Origin: Oliverpabstia sp.
GTDB lineage: Bacteria; Bacillota; Clostridia; Lachnospirales; Lachnospiraceae
Reading direction: 5' to 3'
DNA length: 64,000 nucleotides
Assembly (NCBI GenBank): GCA_051879355.1
Contig: JBJELU010000078.1
Span: forward strand, 33,762-97,761
A model generated the notes under the pieces. That model searched no databases, was not told the DNA's origin, and saw only the letters and a list, made by a program, of their open reading frames with translations. The first letter of the stretch is position 1, and each line of letters opens with the position of its first letter. Position numbers and translations under genes: made by a program. Positions 20,064 to 30,844 of this stretch are shown piece after piece.

Positions 20064-21347
20064 ATGAGATTAGCAAATGTAGCGGGGGCTGTCAAAAGCG
20101 AAAATGCAATGAAACTGTTTGGGCAGATGTATGGAGAACATCGTGCCAAAGCAAATGCCGCAAGATATGAGATGGTTGCGGAGGGATTTGTGAAAACATT
20201 TGGCGATAAAGAATTTGATTTCTTCACCTCGCCGGGAAGAACAGAGATCGGCGGCAATCATACCGATCACAACCATGGAAAAGTTCTGGCAGGAAGTGTA
20301 CATCTGGACTGTGTGGCAGCAGCCGCTCCCAATGGAACACGTAAAGTTACCTTGATCAGTGAGACTTATAACCAGCATCTGGTTATTGATTTGGATCATC
20401 TGGAGCCCACAGAAAAAACAACCGGTACAGAGCCGCTTTTGAAAGGAATTTTTGCAGGACTGCTGAAGAGCGGATACAAAGTAGAGGGGTTTGATGCGTA
20501 TACCACATCCAATGTTATCGGAGGTGCAGGTGTAAGTTCTTCTGCTGCCTTTGAGATGCTTGTCTGTGTTATCGTAGATCATCTGTTTAATCAGGGAAGT
20601 ATCGGCGTAGTAGCCTACGCAAAAGCCGGACAGTATGCTGAAAACAAATACTGGCTGAAAGGCTCCGGACTTCTGGATCAGCTGGCCTGTGCAGTAGGTG
20701 GTATGATCACGATTGATTTCGCTGATATTGCCAATCCGAAGATTCGTGAAATTAAATGTAATTTTGACGAGATGGGACATGATCTGGTTATCATCAATAC
20801 AGGAAAAGGCCATGCAGACCTGAGCGCAGAGTACTCAGCAGTACCGAATGAAATGAAAAAAGTTGCAGAATATTTTGGAAAAGAAGTTCTGGAACAGGTA
20901 GATGAAGATGCTGTCATCGAAAATGTACAGGCAATCCGCAAATTTGCCGGTGACCGTGCAGTTCTTCGTGCCTTCCATTTCTTCGAAGAGAACAAGAGAG
21001 TGGATGCAGAAGTAGAAGCTCTGGAATCAAAAGATTTTGATACATTCCTGCGTAAAGTGACAGAGTCCGGAGACTCCTCCTGGAAATGGCTGCAGAACTG
21101 CTACTGCAATGAAACACCGGATGAGCAGTCTATTACGGTAGCACTGGCACTGACCAAATTATATCTGGACAAGATCGGTCATGGTGTGTGCCGTGTACAC
21201 GGAGGTGGATTTGCAGGTGTTATCGCTGCATTCCTGCCAAAGGAATATACAGAAGGATTTACCGCTTACATTGATAAAGCACTGGGAGCAGGTTCTGCAT
21301 ATGTAATGCATATCCGTCCGCAGGGAGCTATCAAAGTAGAATTATAA
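20064..21347 (+). CDS. Galactokinase-family GHMP kinase
   Basis: SPGRTEIGGNHTDH, GAGVSSSAA, GLLDQ and RVHGGGFAG motifs. Confidence 0.88.
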   Translation: MRLANVAGAVKSENAMKLFGQMYGEHRAKANAARYEMVAEGFVKTFGDKEFDFFTSPGRTEIGGNHTDHNHGKVLAGSVHLDCVAAAAPNGTRKVTLISETYNQHLVIDLDHLEPTEKTTGTEPLLKGIFAGLLKSGYKVEGFDAYTTSNVIGGAGVSSSAAFEMLVCVIVDHLFNQGSIGVVAYAKAGQYAENKYWLKGSGLLDQLACAVGGMITIDFADIANPKIREIKCNFDEMGHDLVIINTGKGHADLSAEYSAVPNEMKKVAEYFGKEVLEQVDEDAVIENVQAIRKFAGDRAVLRAFHFFEENKRVDAEVEALESKDFDTFLRKVTESGDSSWKWLQNCYCNETPDEQSITVALALTKLYLDKIGHGVCRVHGGGFAGVIAAFLPKEYTEGFTAYIDKALGAGSAYVMHIRPQGAIKVEL

Positions 21348-21463
21348 GAACTGCTTCATCACTGCAGGCTGTGATAGAATAGAGAATAGAATATGGCAAA
21401 GGCAAACGCCTGTTTTCTCATGGATTCCATGGGGGAATGGGCGTTTGTACTTTGAAAAAAATC

Positions 21464-21492
21464 TTGACAAATCCCAAATCCTGTGCTAAATT
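21464..21492 (+). promoter_or_regulatory. sigmaA promoter of the trp leader
   Basis: TTGACA-N17-TAAATT with extended TG. Confidence 0.75.
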
Positions 21493-21512
21493 TATAGAAA
21501 ATTTAGTCTAGT

Positions 21513-21797
21513 AAACCGTTGAAGCGGAGATCAAAGTAATGATGCGCGCACAGAGAGTCCGGGAAGGTGAGAGCCGGGTCGAGATGCAAATTGCCAAATG
21601 GACCGCTGAGGGCGCAGTCAAAGGCTCAGGCCGAGTATTCTGCGACGTGGGGCATACGTCAGTTGCCGGAAATATGCAGGTATTTCGCAAAGTGCACGGG
21701 TCATTCCGTGAAACAAGGTGGCACCGCGGGTGGTATAAAAAGATTGATACGCTCGTCCTTGACAGACACAACAAGTCTGTCAGGACGGGCGTTTTTT
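21513..21797 (+). promoter_or_regulatory. Trp T-box riboswitch
   Basis: AGAGAG and GGTGAGA stem I motifs; specifier TGG at 21599-21601; T-box AAGGTGGCACCGCGG at 21715-21729; terminator 21749-21797. Confidence 0.92.
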
Positions 21798-21819
21798 GCG
21801 CGTAAGCATTGAGCCGTGC

Positions 21820-21951
21820 GTTCGAATAGATACATATGCTTTTGTCGTGCTTGCACGTAAAAAAACATATGTATCTATTCGAACATAGGGCGAAAGCCCG
21901 CGACTGAGCGGAGCGAAGTGCAGCACAGGAAAATGCACAGCACTTTCCTGT
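21820..21951. repeat. Multi-hairpin intergenic element
   Basis: Perfect 19-bp inverted repeat at 21820-21838 / 21866-21884; GGGC-GAAA-GCCC; ACAGGAAAATGC / GCACTTTCCTGT. Confidence 0.65.
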
Positions 21952-22009
21952 AAAACACAAAAGCATTTCGTACAGAAGTACAGTCATTCAGAAACCAAGG
22001 AGGTATGCT

Positions 22010-23497
22010 ATGTATCCATCATTAGAAACTGTCAAACAACTTGCATCAACAGGAAAGTACCGCCGTATCCCGGTATGCCGTGAGCTTTTTTCAGACCGGT
22101 ACACACCGGTGGAGGTGATGCGCACGCTGAGAAAAGCCAGCAGGCATTGTTATCTGCTAGAAAGTGCCGGGCAGGCGGAGAACTGGGGGAGATATTCTTT
22201 TCTTGGGTACCAGCCTACTATGGAGATCACTTGTACAGACGGTCATCTGAAGATTACGGAGACTGACGGTGAAGGTCAGGTGCGGGTAACAGAAAAGCAG
22301 GTAGCGCACCCGGGAGATACGCTTCGTGAGATTTTGAACAGGTATAAAAGTCCGGTGATGGAAGGTATGCCGCATTTTACGGGAGGTCTGGTAGGATATT
22401 TTTCTTATGATTATATCAAATACAGTGAGCCAAAACTGAATCTGACCAGTGATGAGCAGCAGGATTTCCGGGATATGGATCTGATGCTGTTTGATCAGGT
22501 AATTGCATTTGACTATTATCGGCAGAAACTGCTGTTGATCACTGGTGTTATTACGGATAATCTGGAAAATTCTTACCGGCAGGCTGAGAGGACGCTGAAA
22601 GAGATGGCAGATCTGATCCGGAACGGAGAAAAGATGGAATTTCCTCCGCTGAAGATTCAGTCGGATATCAGGCCGCAGTTCCCGAAAGAGAGGTACTGCA
22701 ATATGGTGGAAAAAGCCAGAAAATATATTTATGAGGGGGATATTTTCCAGGTGGTTTTGTCGAATCCGGTGAGGGCAAAAGCTCAGGGAAGTTTGTTTGA
22801 CACCTACCGGGTTTTACGTGCTACGAATCCTTCCCCGTATATGTTTTATTTTTCCAGTGATGATATTGAACTTGCCGGTGCTTCACCCGAAACGTTGGTC
22901 AGCCTGAAAAATGGAAAATTAAGTACATTTCCTCTGGCGGGTACAAGACCAAGAGGAAAATCTTCACAGGAAGATCAGGATCTGGAAAAAGAATTGCTGG
23001 CAGATGAAAAAGAACGTGCCGAACACAACATGCTGGTGGATCTGGGAAGAAATGATATTGGAAGAATCAGTCAGATCGGCAGCGTGCAGGTTGAAAAATA
23101 TATGAGCGTCGAGCGGTTTTCCCATGTGATGCATATTGGTTCCACCGTCACCGGACAGATTAGACCGGATAAGGACGCTGTGGATGCGGTGGATTCTATT
23201 CTCCCGGCGGGAACACTTTCCGGAGCGCCAAAGTTCCGTGCCTGCCAGATTATTGAAGAACTGGAACAGAGTCGAAGAGGTGTTTATGGCGGTGCAGTGG
23301 GATATCTGGATTTTGCGGGAAATCTGGATACCTGTATTGCTATCCGACTTGTATATAAAAAGAACGGTGAAGTCTGTGTACGCTCCGGTGCGGGAATTGT
23401 AGCAGACAGTGTACCGGAAAAAGAATTTGAAGAATGTTGTAATAAAGCCCGGGCTGTGATCAATGCCATCGGGCAGGCACAGGAGGGATTGGAATGA
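22010..23497 (+). CDS. trpE: Anthranilate synthase component I
   Basis: LLES, NPSPYMFY, PLAGTRPRG, EHNMLVDLGRND and PAGTLSGAPK motifs. Confidence 0.95.
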   Translation: MYPSLETVKQLASTGKYRRIPVCRELFSDRYTPVEVMRTLRKASRHCYLLESAGQAENWGRYSFLGYQPTMEITCTDGHLKITETDGEGQVRVTEKQVAHPGDTLREILNRYKSPVMEGMPHFTGGLVGYFSYDYIKYSEPKLNLTSDEQQDFRDMDLMLFDQVIAFDYYRQKLLLITGVITDNLENSYRQAERTLKEMADLIRNGEKMEFPPLKIQSDIRPQFPKERYCNMVEKARKYIYEGDIFQVVLSNPVRAKAQGSLFDTYRVLRATNPSPYMFYFSSDDIELAGASPETLVSLKNGKLSTFPLAGTRPRGKSSQEDQDLEKELLADEKERAEHNMLVDLGRNDIGRISQIGSVQVEKYMSVERFSHVMHIGSTVTGQIRPDKDAVDAVDSILPAGTLSGAPKFRACQIIEELEQSRRGVYGGAVGYLDFAGNLDTCIAIRLVYKKNGEVCVRSGAGIVADSVPEKEFEECCNKARAVINAIGQAQEGLE

Positions 23498-24078
23498 TTT
23501 TATTGATTGATAATTATGACAGCTTTTCCTATAACCTGTATCAGCTGATCGGTTCCGTAGAACCGGATATCAAAGTGGTTCGAAATGATGAGTGTACTCT
23601 TGAAGAGATTGAAGCAATGGCACCGGAAGCACTGATTTTTTCTCCGGGACCGGGACGTCCGGCAGATGCAGGCATTTGTATACCGGCCATTCGGTATTTT
23701 GCCGGAAAAATTCCTATGTTGGGCGTATGCCTGGGTCATCAGGCCATTTGTGAGGCATTTGGAGGAAGAGTTTCGTATGCAAAAGAACTGATGCACGGCA
23801 AACAGAAAATTATTTACCAGGCAGGAGAAAATCAATTATTTGCAGGGATGGAACCGTCTTTCCCGGCAGCCCGATATCATTCGCTGGCTGCAGTAAAGGA
23901 AGAACTTCCGGAGGTTCTGCGGGTAACAGCAGAATCGGAGGATGGAGAAATTATGGCGGTAGAACATACAGAATATCCCATTTACGGGGTACAGTTCCAT
24001 CCGGAATCGGTTATGACACCGGACGGAAGAACAATGATCTTGAACTTTATGAAAGCAGGGAGGATTTACCATGATTAA
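23494..24078 (+). CDS. trpG: Anthranilate synthase component II
   Basis: [23 protein letters not shown] and QFHPES motifs. Confidence 0.95.
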   Translation: MILLIDNYDSFSYNLYQLIGSVEPDIKVVRNDECTLEEIEAMAPEALIFSPGPGRPADAGICIPAIRYFAGKIPMLGVCLGHQAICEAFGGRVSYAKELMHGKQKIIYQAGENQLFAGMEPSFPAARYHSLAAVKEELPEVLRVTAESEDGEIMAVEHTEYPIYGVQFHPESVMTPDGRTMILNFMKAGRIYHD

Positions 24079-25093
24079 AGAAGCAATTGTTAAATTAACA
24101 AAAAAACAAGATTTATCTTATACAGAGGCAGAAGCAGTTATGAACGAGATTATGGGCGGTGAGGCAAGCCCGGTACAGATGTCAGCGTATCTGACGGCGT
24201 TATCATTGAAGGGAGAAACAATTGATGAAATCACAGCATCTGCGGCAGGAATGAGAGCTCATTGCATCAAGCTTCTTCATGATATGGATGTGTTGGAAAT
24301 CGTAGGAACCGGCGGTGATGGTTCTAACTCCTTCAATATTTCCACCACATCGTCCCTTGTTATCGCAGCGGCTGGTGTTCCGGTTGCCAAACATGGAAAC
24401 AGGGCAGCATCTTCCAAATCAGGAGCGGCCGATGTGCTGGAAGCTCTGGGAGTGAAAATTACGATTTCACCGGAGAAAAGTGCGGAGCTTCTGAAGAAAA
24501 TAAATATCTGCTTCCTGTTTGCCCAAAATTATCATATCGCCATGAAATACGTAGCGCCGATTCGAAAAGAACTGGGAATCCGGACAGTATTTAATATTCT
24601 GGGCCCTCTCAGCAATCCGGCAGGAGCAAATATGGAACTGATGGGTGTGTTTGATGAAAGTCTGGTAGAGCCGCTGGCTCAGGTTATGGCAAAACTTGGT
24701 GTGGTACGCGGTATGGTAGTATACGGACAGGACAGTCTGGATGAAATATCTATGAGTGCTCCCACATTGGTATGTGAAATTCGTGACGGATGGTTCCAGT
24801 CTTATGAACTGACTCCGGAACAGTTTGGATATACCCGCTGTTCCAAAGAAGAATTGCAGGGCGGCAGTCCGCAGGAAAATGCGGCAATCACTCTGGCAAT
24901 TCTGAAAGGTGAGGAACGCGGTGCAAAACGTCAGGCAGTATGCCTGAATGCGGGAGCCGCATTATATATTGCCGGAAAAACGGAAACTATAGAAGCAGGC
25001 GTAAAAATGGCAGAGGAATTGATTGACAATGGTTCTGCTTTGAAAAAACTGCAGGAATTTATCGATGAGAGCAATGCAGAACTTGCATGTTGA
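24071..25093 (+). CDS. trpD: Anthranilate phosphoribosyltransferase
   Basis: [18 protein letters not shown] and [13 protein letters not shown] motifs. Confidence 0.96.
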   Translation: MIKEAIVKLTKKQDLSYTEAEAVMNEIMGGEASPVQMSAYLTALSLKGETIDEITASAAGMRAHCIKLLHDMDVLEIVGTGGDGSNSFNISTTSSLVIAAAGVPVAKHGNRAASSKSGAADVLEALGVKITISPEKSAELLKKINICFLFAQNYHIAMKYVAPIRKELGIRTVFNILGPLSNPAGANMELMGVFDESLVEPLAQVMAKLGVVRGMVVYGQDSLDEISMSAPTLVCEIRDGWFQSYELTPEQFGYTRCSKEELQGGSPQENAAITLAILKGEERGAKRQAVCLNAGAALYIAGKTETIEAGVKMAEELIDNGSALKKLQEFIDESNAELAC

Positions 25094-25105
25094 AAAGGAA
25101 GATAT

Positions 25106-25912
25106 ATGAATATTTTACAGGAAATTGCTGAAAAAACGAGACAGCGAATAGAAGACGAAAAACAGCAGATATCTACGGAACTGTTGCTGGAAAAGATTAA
25201 GCAGAATTGTGCTGAGCAATCCAATCATATTTCTTTTAAAGAAGCTTTACAGGCGAAAGGAATGTCTTATATCTGTGAAGTGAAAAAAGCTTCTCCTTCT
25301 AAAGGACTGATTGCACCGGATTTTCCCTATCTGCAGATTGCCCGGGAATACGAACAGGCCGGGGCGGCAGCTATTTCCTGCCTGACAGAACCTTTTTATT
25401 TTCAGGGAGCAGACAGGTATCTGAAGGAAATTGCACAGGCGGTGCATATTCCCGTACTGAGAAAAGATTTTGTGGTCGATGAGTATATGATTTATCAGGC
25501 AAAAGTTCTGGGAGCTTCTGCAGTGTTGCTGATCTGTGCGGTACTGAGTGATGAACAGTTATATAGTTATAGGAAACTTGCAGAAAGTCTGGGGATGGAC
25601 GCACTGGTGGAGGCTCATGACGAAGAAGAGGTTCAGCGGGCTTTGCAGGCCGGTGCAGAAATCATCGGTGTCAACAACCGGGATCTGCGGACCTTTCAGG
25701 TGGATATGGCCAATAGTATCCGGCTGCGGGAGCTTGCCCCGGAACATGTGGTATTTGTGTCGGAAAGCGGTATTAGGACTGCAGAAGATATCCGGCGGCT
25801 GCGGGAACATAATATTCAGGCAGTGCTGATCGGTGAAACGCTGATGAGAAGTGACGATAAAAAAGAGGCTCTGGAAATGCTGAACGGAAGTCCGCTGGGA
25901 AAGCGTGTATAA
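25106..25912 (+). CDS. trpC: Indole-3-glycerol phosphate synthase
   Basis: EVKKASPSKG, LRKDF, GVNNRDL and SESGI motifs. Confidence 0.96.
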   Translation: MNILQEIAEKTRQRIEDEKQQISTELLLEKIKQNCAEQSNHISFKEALQAKGMSYICEVKKASPSKGLIAPDFPYLQIAREYEQAGAAAISCLTEPFYFQGADRYLKEIAQAVHIPVLRKDFVVDEYMIYQAKVLGASAVLLICAVLSDEQLYSYRKLAESLGMDALVEAHDEEEVQRALQAGAEIIGVNNRDLRTFQVDMANSIRLRELAPEHVVFVSESGIRTAEDIRRLREHNIQAVLIGETLMRSDDKKEALEMLNGSPLGKRV

Positions 25913-26540
25913 GAAAATGAGAGATGTAGAACGGACAAGGATTAAAATATGTGGGCTGCGAAGGCAGGAAGATATCGAAATTATCAATGAGGTGCTGCCG
26001 GATTACTGTGGATTTGTCATTGAAGTGAAAAAAAGTTCACGGAATGTCAGCGCAGAACAGGTGCGAATGCTGGTGAAAGATTTAGATAGAAGAGTAATTC
26101 CGGTGGGAGTATTTGTCAATGCACCACCGGAGTTTCCTGCCCAACTTCTGAATGAAGGGACACTGGGAATGGCTCAGCTGCATGGGCAGGAAGATGAAAA
26201 CTATATCAAAATACTGCGGGAGATGACAGATAAACCTCTGATCAAAGCATTTTCTGTAAAGACAGAGGAAGATATCAGAAAAGCCTGTCAGAGCAGTGCA
26301 GATTATATATTGCTGGATCAGGGAAGTGGAGGAACCGGGAAAACCTTTGACTGGAACTTAATCCAGAATATTGACCGCCCTTATTTTCTGGCCGGCGGTC
26401 TTGGAGTGCATAATCTGCAGCAGGCCATAGAGACCCTGCATCCCTGGGCTGTAGATTTGAGCAGCAGTCTGGAGACGGACGGTTACAAAGACCCCGCCAA
26501 GATCCGGGAACTTATGAAAATTTTCCCCGGGGAAAAGTGA
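25905..26540 (+). CDS. trpF: Phosphoribosylanthranilate isomerase
   Basis: IKICGL, QLHGQE, GGTGKTFDW and LAGGL motifs. Confidence 0.95.
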   Translation: MYKKMRDVERTRIKICGLRRQEDIEIINEVLPDYCGFVIEVKKSSRNVSAEQVRMLVKDLDRRVIPVGVFVNAPPEFPAQLLNEGTLGMAQLHGQEDENYIKILREMTDKPLIKAFSVKTEEDIRKACQSSADYILLDQGSGGTGKTFDWNLIQNIDRPYFLAGGLGVHNLQQAIETLHPWAVDLSSSLETDGYKDPAKIRELMKIFPGEK

Positions 26541-26559
26541 ATGAAAGAGGAGTAGAAAG

Positions 26560-27744
26560 ATGTCAAAAGGAAGATTTGGTATTCACGGAGGCCAGTATAT
26601 TCCGGAGACACTGATGAATGCAGTGATCGAACTGGAAGAGGCCTATAATTTTTATAAAAATGATCCGGAGTTTAACCGGGAATTGACGGAACTTTTGAAT
26701 GAGTATGCGGGAAGACCGTCAAGATTGTATTTTGCAAAGCATATGACAGAGGATCTGGGCGGTGCGAAGGTTTATCTGAAAAGAGAGGACTTGAATCATA
26801 CGGGTGCCCATAAAATCAATAACGTGCTGGGTCAGGTATTGCTGGCAAAGAAAATGGGCAAGACCCGTGTGATTGCGGAGACCGGTGCCGGACAGCACGG
26901 TGTGGCTACGGCTACGGCGGCAGCCCTGATGGGAATGGAATGTGAAGTGTTTATGGGAAAAGAGGACACGGAGCGTCAGGCGCTGAATGTGTACCGGATG
27001 CGCCTGTTGGGAGCAAAAGTTCACCCGGTTACTTCAGGAACGGCAACTCTGAAAGATGCCGTATCAGAGACAATGAGGGAATGGACCAACCGGATTGCGG
27101 ATACGCATTATGTTCTGGGATCTGTGATGGGACCCCATCCGTTTCCTACGATTGTACGTGATTTTCAGGCAGTGATTTCAAAGGAAATCAAGGAGCAGAT
27201 GCTGGAAAAGGAAGGCCGTCTGCCGGATGCGGTTTTGGCCTGTGTGGGCGGCGGTTCCAATGCCATCGGAACTTTCTATCATTTTATTGAGGATGAAGGA
27301 GTACGCCTGATCGGATGTGAGGCAGCTGGAAGAGGCGTCAATACGGCTGAGACAGCAGCAACGATTGCTACCGGAAAGCTGGGTATTTTTCATGGAATGA
27401 AATCCTATTTCTGTCAGGATGAGTATGGACAGATTGCACCGGTGTATTCGATTTCTGCAGGACTGGATTATCCGGGAATCGGACCGGAACACGCCCATCT
27501 GTATGATATCGGAAGGGCAGAGTATGTGCCTGTAACGGATGAGGAAGCTGTGGAGGCTTTCGAATATCTGTCAAGGACGGAAGGAATCATTCCGGCAATC
27601 GAGAGTGCCCATGCAGTGGCCTATGCGAAAAAAATAGTGCCGCAGATGAGAAAAGACCAGATTGTAGTCATTACCATTTCCGGAAGAGGAGACAAGGATT
27701 GTGCAACCATTGCACGTTACAGAGGGGAGGATATCCATGAATAA
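26560..27744 (+). CDS. trpB: Tryptophan synthase beta chain
   Basis: [22 protein letters not shown] and SGRGDKD motifs. Confidence 0.97.
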   Translation: MSKGRFGIHGGQYIPETLMNAVIELEEAYNFYKNDPEFNRELTELLNEYAGRPSRLYFAKHMTEDLGGAKVYLKREDLNHTGAHKINNVLGQVLLAKKMGKTRVIAETGAGQHGVATATAAALMGMECEVFMGKEDTERQALNVYRMRLLGAKVHPVTSGTATLKDAVSETMREWTNRIADTHYVLGSVMGPHPFPTIVRDFQAVISKEIKEQMLEKEGRLPDAVLACVGGGSNAIGTFYHFIEDEGVRLIGCEAAGRGVNTAETAATIATGKLGIFHGMKSYFCQDEYGQIAPVYSISAGLDYPGIGPEHAHLYDIGRAEYVPVTDEEAVEAFEYLSRTEGIIPAIESAHAVAYAKKIVPQMRKDQIVVITISGRGDKDCATIARYRGEDIHE

Positions 27745-28516
27745 AAAAATAGCAGAAGCATTTGCCGGAGAAAAGGCATTTATACCATTTATCACCTGCG
27801 GGGATCCCTCTCTGGAAATAACGGAGCAGCTGGTGTACGCCATGGAGGAAGCAGGAGCTGATCTGATCGAACTGGGGATTCCGTTTTCGGATCCTACGGC
27901 AGAAGGACCGGTGATTCAGGAGGCCAATGTACGGGCACTGGACGGAGGTGTGACCACTGATAAGATATTTGATATGGTAGAAAATATACGAAAAAAATCA
28001 TCGGTTCCCATGGTATTTATGACCTATGCCAATGTGGTATTTTCCTATGGAATCCAACGTTTTGTCAGCAAAGCGGCAGAGGTGGGAATGAATGGACTGA
28101 TTTTGCCGGATGTGCCTTTTGAAGAAAAAGAAGAATTCGATACGGTCTGCAAAGCATACGGGCTGGACCTGATTTCTCTGATAGCACCCACCTCTCATGA
28201 GAGAATTGCACAAATCGCAAAGGAAGCAGAAGGATTTGTCTATTGTGTATCCTCTCTCGGTGTGACCGGTACCAGGACGAATATCACCACAGATATCGGA
28301 GCAATGGTAAAACTGGTGAAACAGACAAAAAATATCCCCTGTGCGGTTGGATTTGGTATTTCCACACCGGAACAGGCAAAGAAAATGGCCCAACAGTCCG
28401 ATGGAGCGATTGTCGGTTCCGCAATCGTAAAACTGTGTGCGGCCCATGGCGCTGACTGTGTGCCGTATGTAAAAGAATATGTACGGTCGATGAAGACGGC
28501 AGTGCGGCAGGCATAA
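27737..28516 (+). CDS. trpA: Tryptophan synthase alpha chain
   Basis: [17 protein letters not shown] and VGFGI motifs; SD GGAGG before ATG at 27737. Confidence 0.96.
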   Translation: MNKKIAEAFAGEKAFIPFITCGDPSLEITEQLVYAMEEAGADLIELGIPFSDPTAEGPVIQEANVRALDGGVTTDKIFDMVENIRKKSSVPMVFMTYANVVFSYGIQRFVSKAAEVGMNGLILPDVPFEEKEEFDTVCKAYGLDLISLIAPTSHERIAQIAKEAEGFVYCVSSLGVTGTRTNITTDIGAMVKLVKQTKNIPCAVGFGISTPEQAKKMAQQSDGAIVGSAIVKLCAAHGADCVPYVKEYVRSMKTAVRQA

Positions 28517-28518
28517 TG

Positions 28519-28558
28519 AATTTCCCGGGGAAAATGGAAAAAACCCCGGGAAATTTTT
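28519..28558 (+). terminator. trp operon terminator
   Basis: AATTTCCCGGGG / CCCCGGGAAATT followed by a T-tract. Confidence 0.75.
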
Positions 28559-28729
28559 GTTACTTCGAAAAGGGACGGAAACTTCATATCATTTTTTCAG
28601 AAGCATAAAATACCAGAGATTCTCCGTTCCTTTCCAAAGGAATTACAAAAAAGTATAGTTTCTCATAGATAAGTCCTATTTGACGAAAATTTCCTATGTT
28701 ATAATGTTTCTATCTGACGAATTTGAAAA

Positions 28730-30823
28730 ATGGAGAAAGGAGTGAAACTATTGGTTCAGAAAAAGATTGTTGCCCGTTCCAAAGGGGTTATTGAGGTGGA
28801 TGGCCTGAAGTTTAAAGACCTTGATGGAACTGGGGAACTGAAACCGTATGAGGACTGGCGTCTGACCCCGGAAGAGAGGGCGAAGGATCTGGTTTCGCGT
28901 ATGAATAATGAGGAAAAGGCCGGATTGATGGTGATTCATGATCTCCCGATGGGTATTTCCACACCGGAGGGTAAGCCTACCAGTCATAATGGTGTCCTGA
29001 ATGAGCAGTTTGAGGAAGTGATGAGGCGCGGCATGAAGGTGATGCAGTATCCGACCACGCTGCAGCTGGCTTCCCGTCATATCCGTCATATCATTGTGCG
29101 TGAAAATGCGAAACCCAGTGAGTTTGTTGCCTGGGTTAACGCTATGCAGGAGGTTTGTGAGGGAACACGCTGGGGAATTCCCTGTATCGTAGCCAGCAAT
29201 TCCAAGAATGAAAGTTCGGATATCCGTTATGATGCTTCGCAGGAAGCAAATAAATTTACCACATTCCCGGGAACATTGGGTCTTGCCGCTTCCCGCAATA
29301 TGGATACAATAGAAAAATTTGCGAAAATTGTACATGATGAGTTTTATGTGTCAAATATCCGCAAAGGTTACATGTATATGGCAGATTGTGCTACCGATCC
29401 TCGCTGGTTCCGTACCTATGGCACTTTCGGAGAGCATCCGGATCTGATCTGTGATATTATGCCGCGTGTGATTAAAGGAATCCAGGGAGAGACGTTGGAT
29501 GAAAATAGTGTAGCTGTGACAACTAAACATTTCCCGGGCGGCGGTGCCAGAGAAAATGGATTTGATCCTCATTATGCAGAAGGAAAATATAACTGCTACA
29601 ATACACCGGGAAGTATGGATACCTATCATCTTCCGGCATTTAAGGCATCCATTGCGGCGGGAACTTCTTCCATCATGCCGTACTATGCAATTCCTTCCAA
29701 TAAAAAATCCGGTTTCCCGCAGAATGGTGTGGACAAATTCGATGAAGAAATTGCATTTGCATATAATGACCAGTTTATCAACGGATTCCTCCGCAACGAC
29801 CTGGGATTTGACGGTATCGTCAACTCTGACACCGGTGTCATGGGCAACTGTGCGTGGGGTGCCGAGATGTATAATCAGGCAGGCCGTGCAGCACGCATTC
29901 TTCATGCAGGAACTGATATGGTATCTGGTGAAAATGATCCGGCACCGTTCCTGGAGGCTGTCACAAAGGGATACATTGATCAGGAGACTTTCGATCAGGC
30001 GGCAGCTCGTCTTTTGACAGAACTGTTCCGTCTGGGATTGTTTGAGAATCCTTATGCAGATGAAAATGCTGCTGATGCGGTAGTAAATACAGAAGAGACA
30101 AAAGCAATTGCATACAAAGCCCATCAGGAAAGTATCGTTGTTCTGAAAAATCAGAATGCAGTTCTTCCGTTGACTCTGGAGAAGCTTGAGGGCAAAAAAG
30201 TTTATGTAGAAATGTTGATGCGTACCGATTATTCGGAAAAAGAACTGCAGGCGATGGCATTGTCCGGTTCCGCAGCCAATCCGAAAGAAACCGTTGCCGC
30301 ATTTCCGAAGAAAATAAAAGAAGACAATCCGCAGATTACTTTTGTAGATGATTATAAGGAAGCGGACGTGGCTGTCCTGTTCCTGAAACCGGCCAGCGGA
30401 AGCTACTTTGAAGCTACTGACGGTTATCTGGAGCTGAATATCCAGAAAAGTACCGGTGTGGATGTGGATCATATCAGAGAAATCCGTGAAGCAGTCGGTC
30501 AGGTCGTGATGCATATCAATCTGAATCTGCCATATCTGCTGACCAATGTGGAACCTCTGGCAGACGCAGTAACGGTAGGATTTGATTCGTTCTCACGGGC
30601 TGCTTTTGATGTAATCAAAGGTGATGCTGCTCCTGTGGGTAAACTTCCGATTACCCTTCCGGGAAGTGATGCTGCCATTGCTGTGGATGAAAATGGAATC
30701 TGCGCAAGTCCTAACGACGTTCCGGGCTACGATAAAGCAAAATACATGAAAGATGGTCTGACCTATGCCTATAAAGATGCTGCAGGAAATGAGTATATTT
30801 ATGGCTTTGGACTGACATATTAA
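28730..30823 (+). CDS. GH3 beta-glucosidase family protein (start may be TTG at 28751)
   Basis: DPRWFR, KHFPGGG, IMPYY, VNSDTG, SIVVLKN and GKLPITLP motifs. Confidence 0.9.
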   Translation: MEKGVKLLVQKKIVARSKGVIEVDGLKFKDLDGTGELKPYEDWRLTPEERAKDLVSRMNNEEKAGLMVIHDLPMGISTPEGKPTSHNGVLNEQFEEVMRRGMKVMQYPTTLQLASRHIRHIIVRENAKPSEFVAWVNAMQEVCEGTRWGIPCIVASNSKNESSDIRYDASQEANKFTTFPGTLGLAASRNMDTIEKFAKIVHDEFYVSNIRKGYMYMADCATDPRWFRTYGTFGEHPDLICDIMPRVIKGIQGETLDENSVAVTTKHFPGGGARENGFDPHYAEGKYNCYNTPGSMDTYHLPAFKASIAAGTSSIMPYYAIPSNKKSGFPQNGVDKFDEEIAFAYNDQFINGFLRNDLGFDGIVNSDTGVMGNCAWGAEMYNQAGRAARILHAGTDMVSGENDPAPFLEAVTKGYIDQETFDQAAARLLTELFRLGLFENPYADENAADAVVNTEETKAIAYKAHQESIVVLKNQNAVLPLTLEKLEGKKVYVEMLMRTDYSEKELQAMALSGSAANPKETVAAFPKKIKEDNPQITFVDDYKEADVAVLFLKPASGSYFEATDGYLELNIQKSTGVDVDHIREIREAVGQVVMHINLNLPYLLTNVEPLADAVTVGFDSFSRAAFDVIKGDAAPVGKLPITLPGSDAAIAVDENGICASPNDVPGYDKAKYMKDGLTYAYKDAAGNEYIYGFGLTY

Positions 30824-30844
30824 AAATAAAGGGGGTAATAAACT

